A stretch of 41,000 bases of DNA from Acidobacteriota bacterium (GTDB lineage: Bacteria > Acidobacteriota > UBA6911), in contig JBEKKY010000011.1 of the NCBI GenBank assembly GCA_050010475.1, forward strand, positions 1-41,000. Direction: 5' to 3'. This document shows, one piece after another, positions 32,593 through 41,000 of the stretch. The stretch's first letter is position 1. Each line of letters begins with the position of its first letter. The position numbers were made by a program, and so were the translations under genes. Below the pieces are notes generated by a model. That model saw only the letters and a program-made list of their open reading frames with translations. It made no database searches and had not been told where the DNA came from.

Positions 32593-34767
32593 ATGTCGAA
32601 AAAGCCTCTCTGCGTGGCCTTTCTGTGGCACATGCATCAGCCGGATTACCGCAAAGCGCAGACGGGGGAAACCTATCTGCCGTGGACCAGGTTTCATGCA
32701 ATAAAAGACTACTATGATATGGGCGCGCTGGTGGAGCAGGCAGGCGATGTTCATGTGACCCTCAATCTTGTGCCGTCGCTCATTGACCAGCTCGAGGCCT
32801 ACAGTTCCGGAAGAGTCAATGAAATCCAAACCCTCATGACACTCCGGGATGCATCGACTCTCGATCAAGAAGAGAAAGCTTTCCTGCTGCGCACCTTTTT
32901 TCAGCTTTCTCCGACCCATATGCTGTTGCCGTATCCACGATACCGGGAGCTTTGGGAACGACGCGGTGCGGTCGGCGAAAACGGGGAGTTCTCCGCCGGA
33001 CTTCGTTCGTACACGGTCAACGACTATCGGGATCTGCAGCTTTGGTACAATCTGACGTGGTGCGGGCAGGAACTTCGGAAGGATCCTGAGATCGCAGGGC
33101 TGTTCGAAAAAGGCGCGGGTTTTACAGAAGAAGACAAAAGACGACTTCTTCAAATTCAGCAGTCATTCGTAGCCAAGATTCTTCCTTACTACCGAAAACT
33201 CTCGGAAGCGCACGCGAGCGAATTTTCCGTCTCCCCATATTTTCATCCGATTCTCCCGCTACTCTGCAATTTGCGCACTGCACAGGAATCTCTGCCCTCG
33301 ATCGCCCTTCCTTCCGATTCCTATCAGCACCCGGAGGATGCAAAGGAGCATATCGATCGGGCCCTGCAAGCCCACAAAGCAGTTTTCGGCAGCGCCGCGC
33401 AAGGCATGTGGCCTTCGGAAGGAGCGCTCAGCGATGCTTCTCTGGTTCTGGCGAGAGAGGCCGGGCTGCGCTGGCTGGCTTCCGATGAGAGTGTCCTCTG
33501 GAACTCGCTTCATCGGGAAGGACGCGTATCGGGATCTCTGCGGCCCGAAGAAAAATACAGTGCATACCGCTGGGGGCCCGGAGATCCGGGTCCGTGCCTG
33601 TTCTTTCGAGACCATGCCGTATCCGATCTTTTAGGTTTTTCATACCACAATTGGGGCGCAGCGGATGCGGTAGCCGATTTTCTGGAGCGTCTGCGCCGGA
33701 TCCATAGGACTCTGCCGGATAACGGGCGCCACTATGTTGTCCCCGTCATTCTCGACGGCGAAAACGCCTGGGAGCATTATCCGAATAACGGTGCAGATTT
33801 TCTGAAGCTGCTTTATCGGCGGCTCTCGGAATCCAGCGACCTGCGAACCGTGACATTCTCGGAGTTCCTGGATCTGGAAACTCACCGGGAGCCATTGAAG
33901 TCCATTGTATCCGGAAGCTGGATTTATGGGAACCTGGCTACCTGGATCGGCCATCCAGAAAAAAACCGTGCATGGGAACTCCTGGCCGGCGCCCGCAGAC
34001 TCCTCAATTCTTTCCAACGAAAGCAACCGAATGAGCAAAAGATCGGTGCAGCCTTCCATGAGATAATGATCGCGGAAGGGAGCGATTGGTTTTGGTGGTA
34101 CGGAGATGATCATCAGACCGAAAATGCCGCGGAATTCGATGCCTTATTTCGAACTCACCTGAAAAATGTTTATATCCTCTTGGATGAGACCCCGCCTGCC
34201 GTTCTCGATGAACCCATCAAGAAAACCCAGGCGAAATTCCGGCAAAGGAACCCTGTGCACACAATCACTCCTCAGCTGGACGGAATCGAAACAGACTACT
34301 TTGAGTGGCTTTCGGCCGGTTTCGCCGTTCCGGGCGGCGGAGAATCGATGCACCGCGTTGAACGACTGCTGGAAAAGGTTTTTTTCGGGTATGATGCACA
34401 ATCGTTTTACCTCCGGATCGATCTGGCCCCGGGAAAGATCGAGAACTTTTCGCCGGCTGAATCGATTCAAGTGCAGTTTGGATCTCCGGAGAAATGCTGC
34501 CTGGTCCTGGAAAAGACGGAGAGCCGGAACTGGCGCTGCCGGAGTGTGATTTGGCCATCTCCCGGGACAGTGCCGGGTTTTGCGGCAAACCGCATAATTG
34601 AATTGGGCGTTCCATTAGAGGCGCTTGGTGTTCGAAGGCCGACAGAGGTAACCTTCTTCATCTCGGTCCTGGATCGCGGCCGGGAAGTGGAGCGGTTCCC
34701 ATCCACAGGCGTTGTATCGGTGCCGACAGACCCCTGGAATCTGGACCAGCAGGAATGGATGGTGTGA
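32593..34767 (+). CDS. Glycoside hydrolase family 57 alpha-glucan-active enzyme
   Basis: GH57 conserved regions are present: FLWHMHQPDY, MWPSEGALS (nucleophile Glu), VILDGENAWEHY (acid/base Asp) and IAEGSDWFWWYGDDH. The ATG at 32593 has GGGAG upstream. The exact activity (amylase, branching or pullulanase type) cannot be assigned. Confidence 0.88.
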   Translation: MSKKPLCVAFLWHMHQPDYRKAQTGETYLPWTRFHAIKDYYDMGALVEQAGDVHVTLNLVPSLIDQLEAYSSGRVNEIQTLMTLRDASTLDQEEKAFLLRTFFQLSPTHMLLPYPRYRELWERRGAVGENGEFSAGLRSYTVNDYRDLQLWYNLTWCGQELRKDPEIAGLFEKGAGFTEEDKRRLLQIQQSFVAKILPYYRKLSEAHASEFSVSPYFHPILPLLCNLRTAQESLPSIALPSDSYQHPEDAKEHIDRALQAHKAVFGSAAQGMWPSEGALSDASLVLAREAGLRWLASDESVLWNSLHREGRVSGSLRPEEKYSAYRWGPGDPGPCLFFRDHAVSDLLGFSYHNWGAADAVADFLERLRRIHRTLPDNGRHYVVPVILDGENAWEHYPNNGADFLKLLYRRLSESSDLRTVTFSEFLDLETHREPLKSIVSGSWIYGNLATWIGHPEKNRAWELLAGARRLLNSFQRKQPNEQKIGAAFHEIMIAEGSDWFWWYGDDHQTENAAEFDALFRTHLKNVYILLDETPPAVLDEPIKKTQAKFRQRNPVHTITPQLDGIETDYFEWLSAGFAVPGGGESMHRVERLLEKVFFGYDAQSFYLRIDLAPGKIENFSPAESIQVQFGSPEKCCLVLEKTESRNWRCRSVIWPSPGTVPGFAANRIIELGVPLEALGVRRPTEVTFFISVLDRGREVERFPSTGVVSVPTDPWNLDQQEWMV

Positions 34768-34795
34768 TCGCCATAGAACTAATTGACGAGGGAAA

Positions 34796-36952
34796 ATGAA
34801 TCTAAACACAAATCCAATTTCGTATCCGGACGAAACCGCCGAGCTGCTTGCACGCCTAAGACTGCTCGCGACAAATCTGTGGTGGACATGGAACCAGGAA
34901 TCCCAGGAAATTTTTCAGGAACTCTCTCCGCGCGGATGGCAGGATCTCTATCACAATGCGGTGGCCGTTTTACAGGACATCTCCGAATATGAGCTGCGGA
35001 TGCGCCTGCAGGACCCGGTCTTTGCCCGCCGCGTGCGCGACGCTCTGGCTGATTTCGATGACTACATGAACGAGAAGGACACCTGGGCATTTCGTCACGC
35101 GCCCTCTCTGATCGCGAATCCTGTAGCCTACTTCACGGCGGAGTACGGATTTCATGAAACGCTGCCGATTGCCGCGGGCGGGCTTGGAATTTTATCGGGC
35201 GACCATGCCCGTTCTGCCAGCGATCTCGGCCTTGGCCTGGTGGGCGTCAGCCTCTTGTACCGCGAAGGCTATTTCCAGCAGGTGATTGACACGGACAACT
35301 GGCAGACGGAACGCTATACGCAATTAAATCCTGCTTCACTTCCACTCCAGCCGGTTCTGGGTTCAACCGGAGAGAGGCTGGTCTGCAAGGTGGAGGTCAA
35401 CCTCTCGGAAGTCTATTTCCAAGTATGGAGAGTGAACGTCGGCCGCTGTCCTGTTTACCTCCTGGATTCCAATCGACCGGAAAACGAATCGTTGTACCGG
35501 GACCTGACCCTGCGGGTTTACGGCGGAGACAATTCGACCCGGATCATGCAGGAGATGCTGCTTGGAATTGGAGGAGTGCGGCTGCTGCGGGCGCTTCGCA
35601 TCCAGCCCTCTCTCTATCACATGAATGAGGGGCATGTGGCTTTTGTCTCGCTGGAATTGATCCGCGAAAGAATGGCGCAAGGCTGCTCTTTCGACGAGGC
35701 ACTTGCTCAAACGCGCAGGCAGTGCGTTTTTACGACCCATACGCCGGTAGAGGCGGGACACGACCGGTTTAGTCCTGACCTCGTAAAATACGCCATGCAA
35801 CGTTTCCAGCCCAAAATCACCTCCTCCTTCAACGATTTCATGGCCCTGGGACGGGTCGATCCCGACAACGAGGGAGAGCCTCTTTGCATGACCGTGCTGG
35901 CTTTGAAAACGTCCCGAGCAGCAAACGCTGTAAGCGAGTTGCATGGAAAGGTGAGCCGCAACATGTGGCAGGCGCTTTATCCGGGGAAATCGGTGGATGA
36001 AGTGCCGATCGGACATGTTACCAACGGCATTCACCTAATCGGGTGGATGAAAGGGGCTGTCCGCAGCTTCTGGAGAAACAAGCTGGGACCGAAATGGGAT
36101 AGAGATATCCACACCCAATCGTTTTGGGAGCGAATGCTCGACCCCGAGTTCGTCACGGATGAGGAGATCTGGGCCTTGCGCTACCGGCTGAGGCGCGCTC
36201 TGATCGAGTTCGCCCGCCGCAGGCTGGTGATGCATCGAGTTTCCCTGGGAGACCCCAGTTCGGTCGATCGCATGCTCGACACGGATATTCTGACCATCGG
36301 TTTTGCGCGGCGATTCGCCACTTACAAACGTGCGCCTCTCGTATTTGAGGATTATGATGCCCTCCTGAAACTGGCGTCCGATCCGTTCCGGCCGATTCAG
36401 TTCATCTTTTCCGGAAAAGCGCATCCGGCAGACGATGAAGGCAAGCGCCGGATTCAAAAGATTATTCACTTCAGCAGGTACAGCGACCTCCGGGGGCGCT
36501 TGGTGTTCATAGAAAATTATGACATGCACGTTGCGAGGCAGATGATCTCCGGGTGCGATGTCTGGCTGAACACTCCCAGGCGGCCCCTCGAAGCCTCCGG
36601 CACAAGCGGGCAAAAAATCATCAGCAACGGTGGTTTGAATCTAAGTATCATGGACGGCTGGTGGCGTGAGGCTTACGACGGCACCAACGGCTTTGCAATT
36701 GGAGAAGATTCACAACCTGCGTCCGTCGTTGAGCAGGACAGGCTGGACAACGCAAATTTCCTTCGGGTCCTGAGCGAAGAGGTGGTCCCCTGTTTTTACG
36801 ATCGCGATGAGCGTGGCATCCCCCGCAAATGGATCTCAAAAATCCGCCGCTCGATGGCCACCATGCTTCCCAAATTCACCACGTGGCGCATGGTCCAGGA
36901 ATACGCGCTCAAATATTACCTGGCCGATCATTCGCCGGATCTCGGACATTGA
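34796..36952 (+). CDS. glgP: Alpha-glucan (glycogen/maltodextrin) phosphorylase, GT35
   Basis: 718 aa. FTAEYGFHETLPIAAGGLGILSGDH and the PLP-lysine region RRPLEASGTSGQKIISNGGLNLSIMDGWW are present. Confidence 0.92.
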   Translation: MNLNTNPISYPDETAELLARLRLLATNLWWTWNQESQEIFQELSPRGWQDLYHNAVAVLQDISEYELRMRLQDPVFARRVRDALADFDDYMNEKDTWAFRHAPSLIANPVAYFTAEYGFHETLPIAAGGLGILSGDHARSASDLGLGLVGVSLLYREGYFQQVIDTDNWQTERYTQLNPASLPLQPVLGSTGERLVCKVEVNLSEVYFQVWRVNVGRCPVYLLDSNRPENESLYRDLTLRVYGGDNSTRIMQEMLLGIGGVRLLRALRIQPSLYHMNEGHVAFVSLELIRERMAQGCSFDEALAQTRRQCVFTTHTPVEAGHDRFSPDLVKYAMQRFQPKITSSFNDFMALGRVDPDNEGEPLCMTVLALKTSRAANAVSELHGKVSRNMWQALYPGKSVDEVPIGHVTNGIHLIGWMKGAVRSFWRNKLGPKWDRDIHTQSFWERMLDPEFVTDEEIWALRYRLRRALIEFARRRLVMHRVSLGDPSSVDRMLDTDILTIGFARRFATYKRAPLVFEDYDALLKLASDPFRPIQFIFSGKAHPADDEGKRRIQKIIHFSRYSDLRGRLVFIENYDMHVARQMISGCDVWLNTPRRPLEASGTSGQKIISNGGLNLSIMDGWWREAYDGTNGFAIGEDSQPASVVEQDRLDNANFLRVLSEEVVPCFYDRDERGIPRKWISKIRRSMATMLPKFTTWRMVQEYALKYYLADHSPDLGH

Positions 36953-37058
36953 ATTGACTGTCTGAGAATGATAGCATCGAGCTTTTGTACCGGGCATTCG
37001 GTTTCAAATACGGAACCCACGGCCTGAAGTTGGTTGTGCATCTGCCGATATATATCTT

Positions 37059-38084
37059 ATGCCTGAATTGCGCCACGATCCCATCCAGAGACGCTGGGTC
37101 ATTATTGCCACTGAACGAGGCCGCCGGCCTGATGATTTTCCCAGGAACGAACCTGAGCCGACAGGCGGCTTTTGTCCTTTCTGCGAAGGAAATGAAAGCA
37201 AAACTCCGCCGGAAATAACCGCAATCAGAAATGGGACCGGAGCCAATCAGCCTGGATGGGAAGTGCGCGTCGTCCCCAACAAGTTCCCGGCCCTTCGGAT
37301 TGAGGGAGGCCTCGATCGCAGGGGAATCGGCGCATATGATCAGATGAACGGAGTCGGGGCTCATGAGGTGATCATTGAGACTCCGAAACACTCTCTCCAA
37401 CTCGCCGATGCGCCGCTCGAACATATTCAAAAAGTGCTGCGGATCTACCGGGAACGCCTCGTCGATCTTCTGCGGGACCAGCGGTTCAAATACGTGCTGA
37501 TCTTCAAAAATCACGGAGCGGCGGCCGGAGCTTCGTTGTCTCATCCGCACACGCAACTGATTGCGACCCCCGTAACGCCGTTGACGATTTCGGAAGAACT
37601 GAATTCCGCGCAGGACCACTATCGCGAAAAGGAACGATGTCTTTTTTGCGATCTGATTGAGCAGGAGCTCGATTCCGGACAGCGGATCGTGATCGCGGGA
37701 GATCAGTTTGTAGCCTTGACTCCTTTTGCCTCCAGGTTCCCGTTCGAGATTTTCATCGCACCTCGAAATCATCATCACAGCTTTGCAGAGATTACCGATA
37801 GCATGCTAAACAGTCTTGCGGCGGTGTTGAAAGAGGTTCTGCTTCGAGTCAAAAAGTGCCTGAAGGACCCGCCTTACAATTTCTTGATTCACACAATTCC
37901 TAACCTGCAAGCCGGGCGTTCGCATGGCGGGCACTGGGAAACGATCGAACAAGATTATCACTGGCACATCGAGTTCATCCCGCGACTGACTCAGGTGGCC
38001 GGTTTCGAGTGGGGAACCGGTTTCTACATCAATCCCACCGCTCCCGAAGAAGCGGCGAAATATCTGCGTGAAACCGAGTTGTAA
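37059..38084 (+). CDS. galT: GalT-family (HIT-like) nucleotidyltransferase, galactose-1-phosphate uridylyltransferase-like
   Basis: N-terminus LRHDPIQRRWVIIATERGRRP, zinc-site CPFCEGNE and active-site SHPHTQLIATP (HPH motif). It is 341 aa. The actual substrate pair is unknown. Confidence 0.8.
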   Translation: MPELRHDPIQRRWVIIATERGRRPDDFPRNEPEPTGGFCPFCEGNESKTPPEITAIRNGTGANQPGWEVRVVPNKFPALRIEGGLDRRGIGAYDQMNGVGAHEVIIETPKHSLQLADAPLEHIQKVLRIYRERLVDLLRDQRFKYVLIFKNHGAAAGASLSHPHTQLIATPVTPLTISEELNSAQDHYREKERCLFCDLIEQELDSGQRIVIAGDQFVALTPFASRFPFEIFIAPRNHHHSFAEITDSMLNSLAAVLKEVLLRVKKCLKDPPYNFLIHTIPNLQAGRSHGGHWETIEQDYHWHIEFIPRLTQVAGFEWGTGFYINPTAPEEAAKYLRETEL

Positions 38085-38097
38085 CAAAATTCAAAAA

Positions 38098-38173
38098 GCA
38101 AAAACGCCACGGATTTCACGGATTATCACGAATTTCAAATCGGTGAAATCCGTGGAATCCGTGGCGTTTTTGC
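38098..38173. repeat. ~36-bp hairpin, CACGGATT family, copy 3
   Basis: GCAAAAACGCCACGGATTTCACGGATTATCACGAATTT (38098-38135) pairs with AAATCGGTGAAATCCGTGGAATCCGTGGCGTTTTTGC (38137-38173). Bases 38100-38129 are identical to 2027-2056. It lies between the galT-like gene and glgA. Confidence 0.9.
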
Positions 38174-38199
38174 TTTTCCCAATACAATGAGGGTGGAAA

Positions 38200-39738
38200 T
38201 TGACTGCAAAAGAACAAGGTACTGAACCGGGTTTGCGAGTTGTAATGTTTGCTGCTGAGGCCGTTCCCTATGCCAAGGTTGGAGGACTCGGAGACGTCCT
38301 CGGCGCTCTCCCGAAGGCAATGGCAAAACTGGGCGTGCAGCCCACTATCATTATCCCTGCATATCGTTCAGTCGATTTCAGCAGGTTTCAAATAAAACCC
38401 TGTGCCGCCGTGTCCGGATTTGATGTCCCCATGGGGTCTTTTCTCGAACATGCCGATGTGTTTCACACGCGGACCAGCGAATCGGCAGCGGAAGTATTTC
38501 TGATCGGGTCGCGGAAATATTTCGATCGAGATGGAATCTACGATAATCCCGCCACCAAGGAGGGATATCTCGACAACATGGAGAGGTTTGTTTTCTTCAT
38601 GAAATCGGGTCTCGAACTGCTTTCACGGCTCGGGCTTCCTGTAGACATTATCCATTGCCATGATTCGCACACCGCGCTCATCCCCGGAATGGTTAGTCTA
38701 AACCGGACGAACAATCCCTTCTTCTCCCGTGTTGGGACGCTCTTCACGATTCACAACCTCGCATACCAGGGGCTCTTTTCAAAAGACTCGCTGGTGTTCG
38801 CCGGAATTGATCTGAGCCGCTTCTACCCCATGTCTCCTTTCGAATATTGGGGCCAGGTCAATTTCATGAAGGCGGGGATTGAACTTGCAGATAAAGTAAA
38901 TACGGTCAGCCATACATATTCCGTTGAGATCCAGACCGACCCCGAATTCGGCATGGGGCTGGAGGGAGTTTTGCGTAACCGGAAGGAAGACCTCAGCGGA
39001 ATTGTCAACGGCATCGATTACGATGAGTGGGATCCCGAAAGGGATCCGCTCATTCCGGCCCACTTCTCTTCATACGACCTCTCCGGCAAAACCAAATGCA
39101 AGGAGTATCTGCTGCATTATTTTGGCTTGCCTCATTCACGGAACCGGATTCCCCTGGTGGGAATCATTTCAAGACTGGCGGACCAGAAAGGATTTGATCT
39201 CATCGCGGAAGCTGTTCGAGACCTCATGGAGCTCAATTTGCAGCTGGTGGTTCTGGGAACCGGACAAAAGAAATATCACGACCTGTTTGAACAGATTGCG
39301 GCCCAGTATCCGGGAAAAGTTGGAGTCCGCTTATCTTTTGACAATGAGCTGGCTCATAAAATCGAGGCGGGCTCCGACCTTTTTTTGATGCCGTCTAAAT
39401 TTGAGCCTTGCGGTCTGAACCAGCTCTACAGCCTGCGGTATGGAACCATCCCGATAGTGAGGGCAACTGGCGGCCTTGCGGATACGGTCCGCGACTATGA
39501 CCAGGACTCAGGTACGGGATTTTGCTTCTCGGGATACACGTCCGGAGAAATGCTGGCGGCGATCAAACGGGCACTGGAAGTCTATTCAGATCCGGGTCAA
39601 TGGCAGGCGCTGATGATTCGCGCCATGTCCCAGGATTGGTCTTGGGACCGGTCCGCGCGCGAATATTTGAACCTCTACCGCACAATTCGAGATTCGAAAA
39701 TCCCGATTAGACCGAGTGGCTCCGCGTCGGGCGCTTGA
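38200..39738 (+). CDS. glgA: Glycogen synthase (GT5)
   Basis: VMFAAEAVPYAKVGGLGDV (KxGGL) and PSKFEPCGLNQLYSLRYGTIPIVRATGGLADTV are present. A TTG start at 38200 is preceded by GAGGG. The C-terminal ~18 residues after ...AREYLNLYRTI run into repeat-derived sequence. Confidence 0.92.
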   Translation: MTAKEQGTEPGLRVVMFAAEAVPYAKVGGLGDVLGALPKAMAKLGVQPTIIIPAYRSVDFSRFQIKPCAAVSGFDVPMGSFLEHADVFHTRTSESAAEVFLIGSRKYFDRDGIYDNPATKEGYLDNMERFVFFMKSGLELLSRLGLPVDIIHCHDSHTALIPGMVSLNRTNNPFFSRVGTLFTIHNLAYQGLFSKDSLVFAGIDLSRFYPMSPFEYWGQVNFMKAGIELADKVNTVSHTYSVEIQTDPEFGMGLEGVLRNRKEDLSGIVNGIDYDEWDPERDPLIPAHFSSYDLSGKTKCKEYLLHYFGLPHSRNRIPLVGIISRLADQKGFDLIAEAVRDLMELNLQLVVLGTGQKKYHDLFEQIAAQYPGKVGVRLSFDNELAHKIEAGSDLFLMPSKFEPCGLNQLYSLRYGTIPIVRATGGLADTVRDYDQDSGTGFCFSGYTSGEMLAAIKRALEVYSDPGQWQALMIRAMSQDWSWDRSAREYLNLYRTIRDSKIPIRPSGSASGA

Positions 39739-39800
39739 AAAATCGGGCTTGGGGCCGAGACAAACGCTTTTCACCCCCGACTCCGATAAATCGGATTTGC
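39739..39800. repeat. Degenerate NNTCGG-type hairpin 3' of glgA
   Basis: AAATCGG GCTTGG GGCCGA (39739-39759) pairs with CCCCCGACTCCGATAAATCGGATTT (39774-39798). Pairing is partial. Confidence 0.5.
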
Positions 39801-39923
39801 AGTGAGTACCGCTCGCGTCATCGACGTAGAAAAGCTCAAGCCGACCAACTTCAAAACAGAGGTTCTGCCCGATCTGATGGATAACCTATTCAGACACTGA
39901 TGTGAGTGCCTTGGGCCAGACGT

Positions 39924-40613
39924 TCATATGGAGGAGTCGGAAAACCGGCTTATTTTGCCGTCAACAAACATGCGCCGGATGCGGATCGGATCATCAATGG
40001 GCACGCTTTGGCTGCGGATAGCATATAAGGTTTGAGAGGTTGAACCAGGGTTCCCGCCAGTTAGCCGGAAAATCTCAGATGCAATTGTTTTCTCCAGCTC
40101 TTTCGAGTAGCTCATATTTCTGAGCTCCGCGCCAATCCAACTCAGCGCGGCCTTTCTGGGAAGATCCTTAATCTCCAGGGATTTGAATTTCCAATAATGC
40201 AGGTCATATGATCCGGGAAGACCCGTCACTCCGAACGCCAGTACGCAACTTTCTTCCATGATTTCCAGTAGATGTTGCAGCGGATGATGCAGTTTGGGGA
40301 GATGGTCCAGGATGAGGCAAAGACGCTGCTTTTTGCCCGATTTTAACAGCGCATTTCGCAAATCCTTGACGGACATATTTTTGATCTGCGCATTAATGCT
40401 TTGCCGGATCTTCACTGCTTCTTCGAGAAGAATCCTTCGGGACCTGCAATCATTCACGTAAACAACATCTATCTCGTCTCTAGAAAGTCTGTTTGAGACT
40501 TCCTTTAAAATGGCGGATTTGCCCACACCAGGAGCGCCGAAGACGAGAGTGTGGATTCCTCGCTGCATATTCAGGACCAGCTTGCGGATTTCTTTTTCCC
40601 TGCCAAATAGCAT
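39924..40613 (-). CDS. Small AAA+/STAND-like P-loop NTPase (AAA_16 / Arch_ATPase-like)
   Basis: 229 aa. FGREKEIRKL precedes Walker A GAPGVGKSA. Walker B is CLILDHL, and the later LTGGNPG motif is typical of AAA_16/STAND NTPases. No fused sensor or effector domain is present. Confidence 0.6.
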   Translation of the reverse strand: MLFGREKEIRKLVLNMQRGIHTLVFGAPGVGKSAILKEVSNRLSRDEIDVVYVNDCRSRRILLEEAVKIRQSINAQIKNMSVKDLRNALLKSGKKQRLCLILDHLPKLHHPLQHLLEIMEESCVLAFGVTGLPGSYDLHYWKFKSLEIKDLPRKAALSWIGAELRNMSYSKELEKTIASEIFRLTGGNPGSTSQTLYAIRSQSVPIDDPIRIRRMFVDGKISRFSDSSI

Positions 40614-40632
40614 ATTACTTTGGATTCAGATG

Positions 40633-40941
40633 CTATGCTGGATTCACTTTCACGGCTTCTTGTGAATCGCATGGGTTCCCGTTTTCATCGAATTGCACCT
40701 TCAAAAGCGCAATGTCGGCTCGAATAACGTCGTTGGGAAGATCGGACTTTTGATCCTGATATCGATACCTCAAGGGATCGGTTTGCACATGATAGCTATC
40801 CTTTAAGGAATTGATTGTTGCTCGGAACCAATATCGCAGACGTGGAGTAAGTTCCTCCAGCACTCTGCTTATGGGCTCGCTTGCCTTCTCCCCCAGCTCG
40901 TTTCGATAGTGTCTCTCTCTGGTAGCCTGGCTCACATTCAT
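40633..40941 (-). CDS. Hypothetical protein (102 aa), first visible gene of the ATPase operon
   Basis: The ORF ends 19 nt upstream of the ATPase start. Its ATG overlaps (ATGA) the stop of another open frame that runs off the window edge. I recognise no motif. Confidence 0.45.
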   Translation of the reverse strand: MNVSQATRERHYRNELGEKASEPISRVLEELTPRLRYWFRATINSLKDSYHVQTDPLRYRYQDQKSDLPNDVIRADIALLKVQFDENGNPCDSQEAVKVNPA

Positions 40942-41000
40942 AAAAATGCCTGGATCGGAGATTTCGAATCCATCCAGGAAAGAAAGAACCGGTGAAGGGA

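Noticed and set aside
36909-37778. 289-aa minus-strand ORF overlapping the galT-like gene, and 35363-36034 / 36035-36613 antisense to glgP
   Set aside because: The plus-strand genes carry clear family motifs (HPH, PLP-lysine). The antisense translations have none.
39802-39900. 32-codon GTG-initiated ORF (VSTARVIDVEKLKPTNFKTEVLPDLMDNLFRH), faintly reminiscent of the N-terminus of TnpB/IS605 OrfB proteins (KL.PT......L)
   Set aside because: It is too short, has no RBS, and the resemblance rests on about 4 residues. I see no adjacent transposon ends or the rest of a tnpB frame. I treat it as non-coding spacer between convergent genes.
40938-41000. Open minus-strand frame running off the right edge (…LHRFFLSWMDSKSPIQAFL*), stop overlapping the next ATG
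   Set aside because: Only ~20 codons are visible. The same bases can also form a small hairpin (CCTGGAT…ATCCAGG). It is mentioned as context for the ATPase operon but not called as a feature.

Overview
This 41 kb window is mostly core bacterial chromosome. I saw no rRNA, CRISPR array, transposase, integrase or phage genes. The lineage cannot be determined from the sequence alone.

Gene content, left to right:
- The tail of a ThiF/MoeB-like gene.
- A cytochrome c and a class I aminotransferase on the minus strand.
- An ECF-type Co/Ni uptake operon, cbiM (PDGLE-like fusion)-cbiQ-cbiO.
- An alpha/beta hydrolase.
- A secreted metallo-beta-lactamase-fold protein that has lost its metal ligands.
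- xth.
- A long minus-strand block: alr and dnaB; an ICMT-family methyltransferase on the plus strand; rplI-rpsR-rpsF-pth-rplY(ctc)-prs-tRNA-Gln(UUG)-ispE; a 643-aa secreted TPR protein; a comEA-like gene on the plus strand; the rimP-nusA-infB-DUF503-rbfA-truB operon; and a gldA/gldF/gldG-like ABC module with a DUF4340-like partner.
- rpoD on the plus strand and hup on the minus strand.
- An alpha-glucan cluster on the plus strand: GH57, glgP, a galT-like gene, glgA.
- A small AAA+/STAND-like ATPase operon on the minus strand at the right edge.

The most unusual signal is non-coding. Almost every intergenic gap holds a long imperfect hairpin, and in most of them each arm is a tandem array of 6-9 nt units. 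Several sequence families are present, some with near-identical dispersed copies. They occur in convergent, tandem and divergent gene contexts, and some supply stop codons or C-terminal residues of genes.

Other points worth checking:
- A promoter plus intrinsic-terminator leader in front of rimP-nusA-infB.
- A likely 1-nt frameshift that truncates the TPR gene.
- A possibly leaderless cbiM.
- A GalT-like enzyme between glgP and glgA, with no glgC in view.
- The edge ATPase operon.

I found no clear protein-coding multi-gene novel system. Function calls rest on motifs I could read directly and on gene context. No database search was run.
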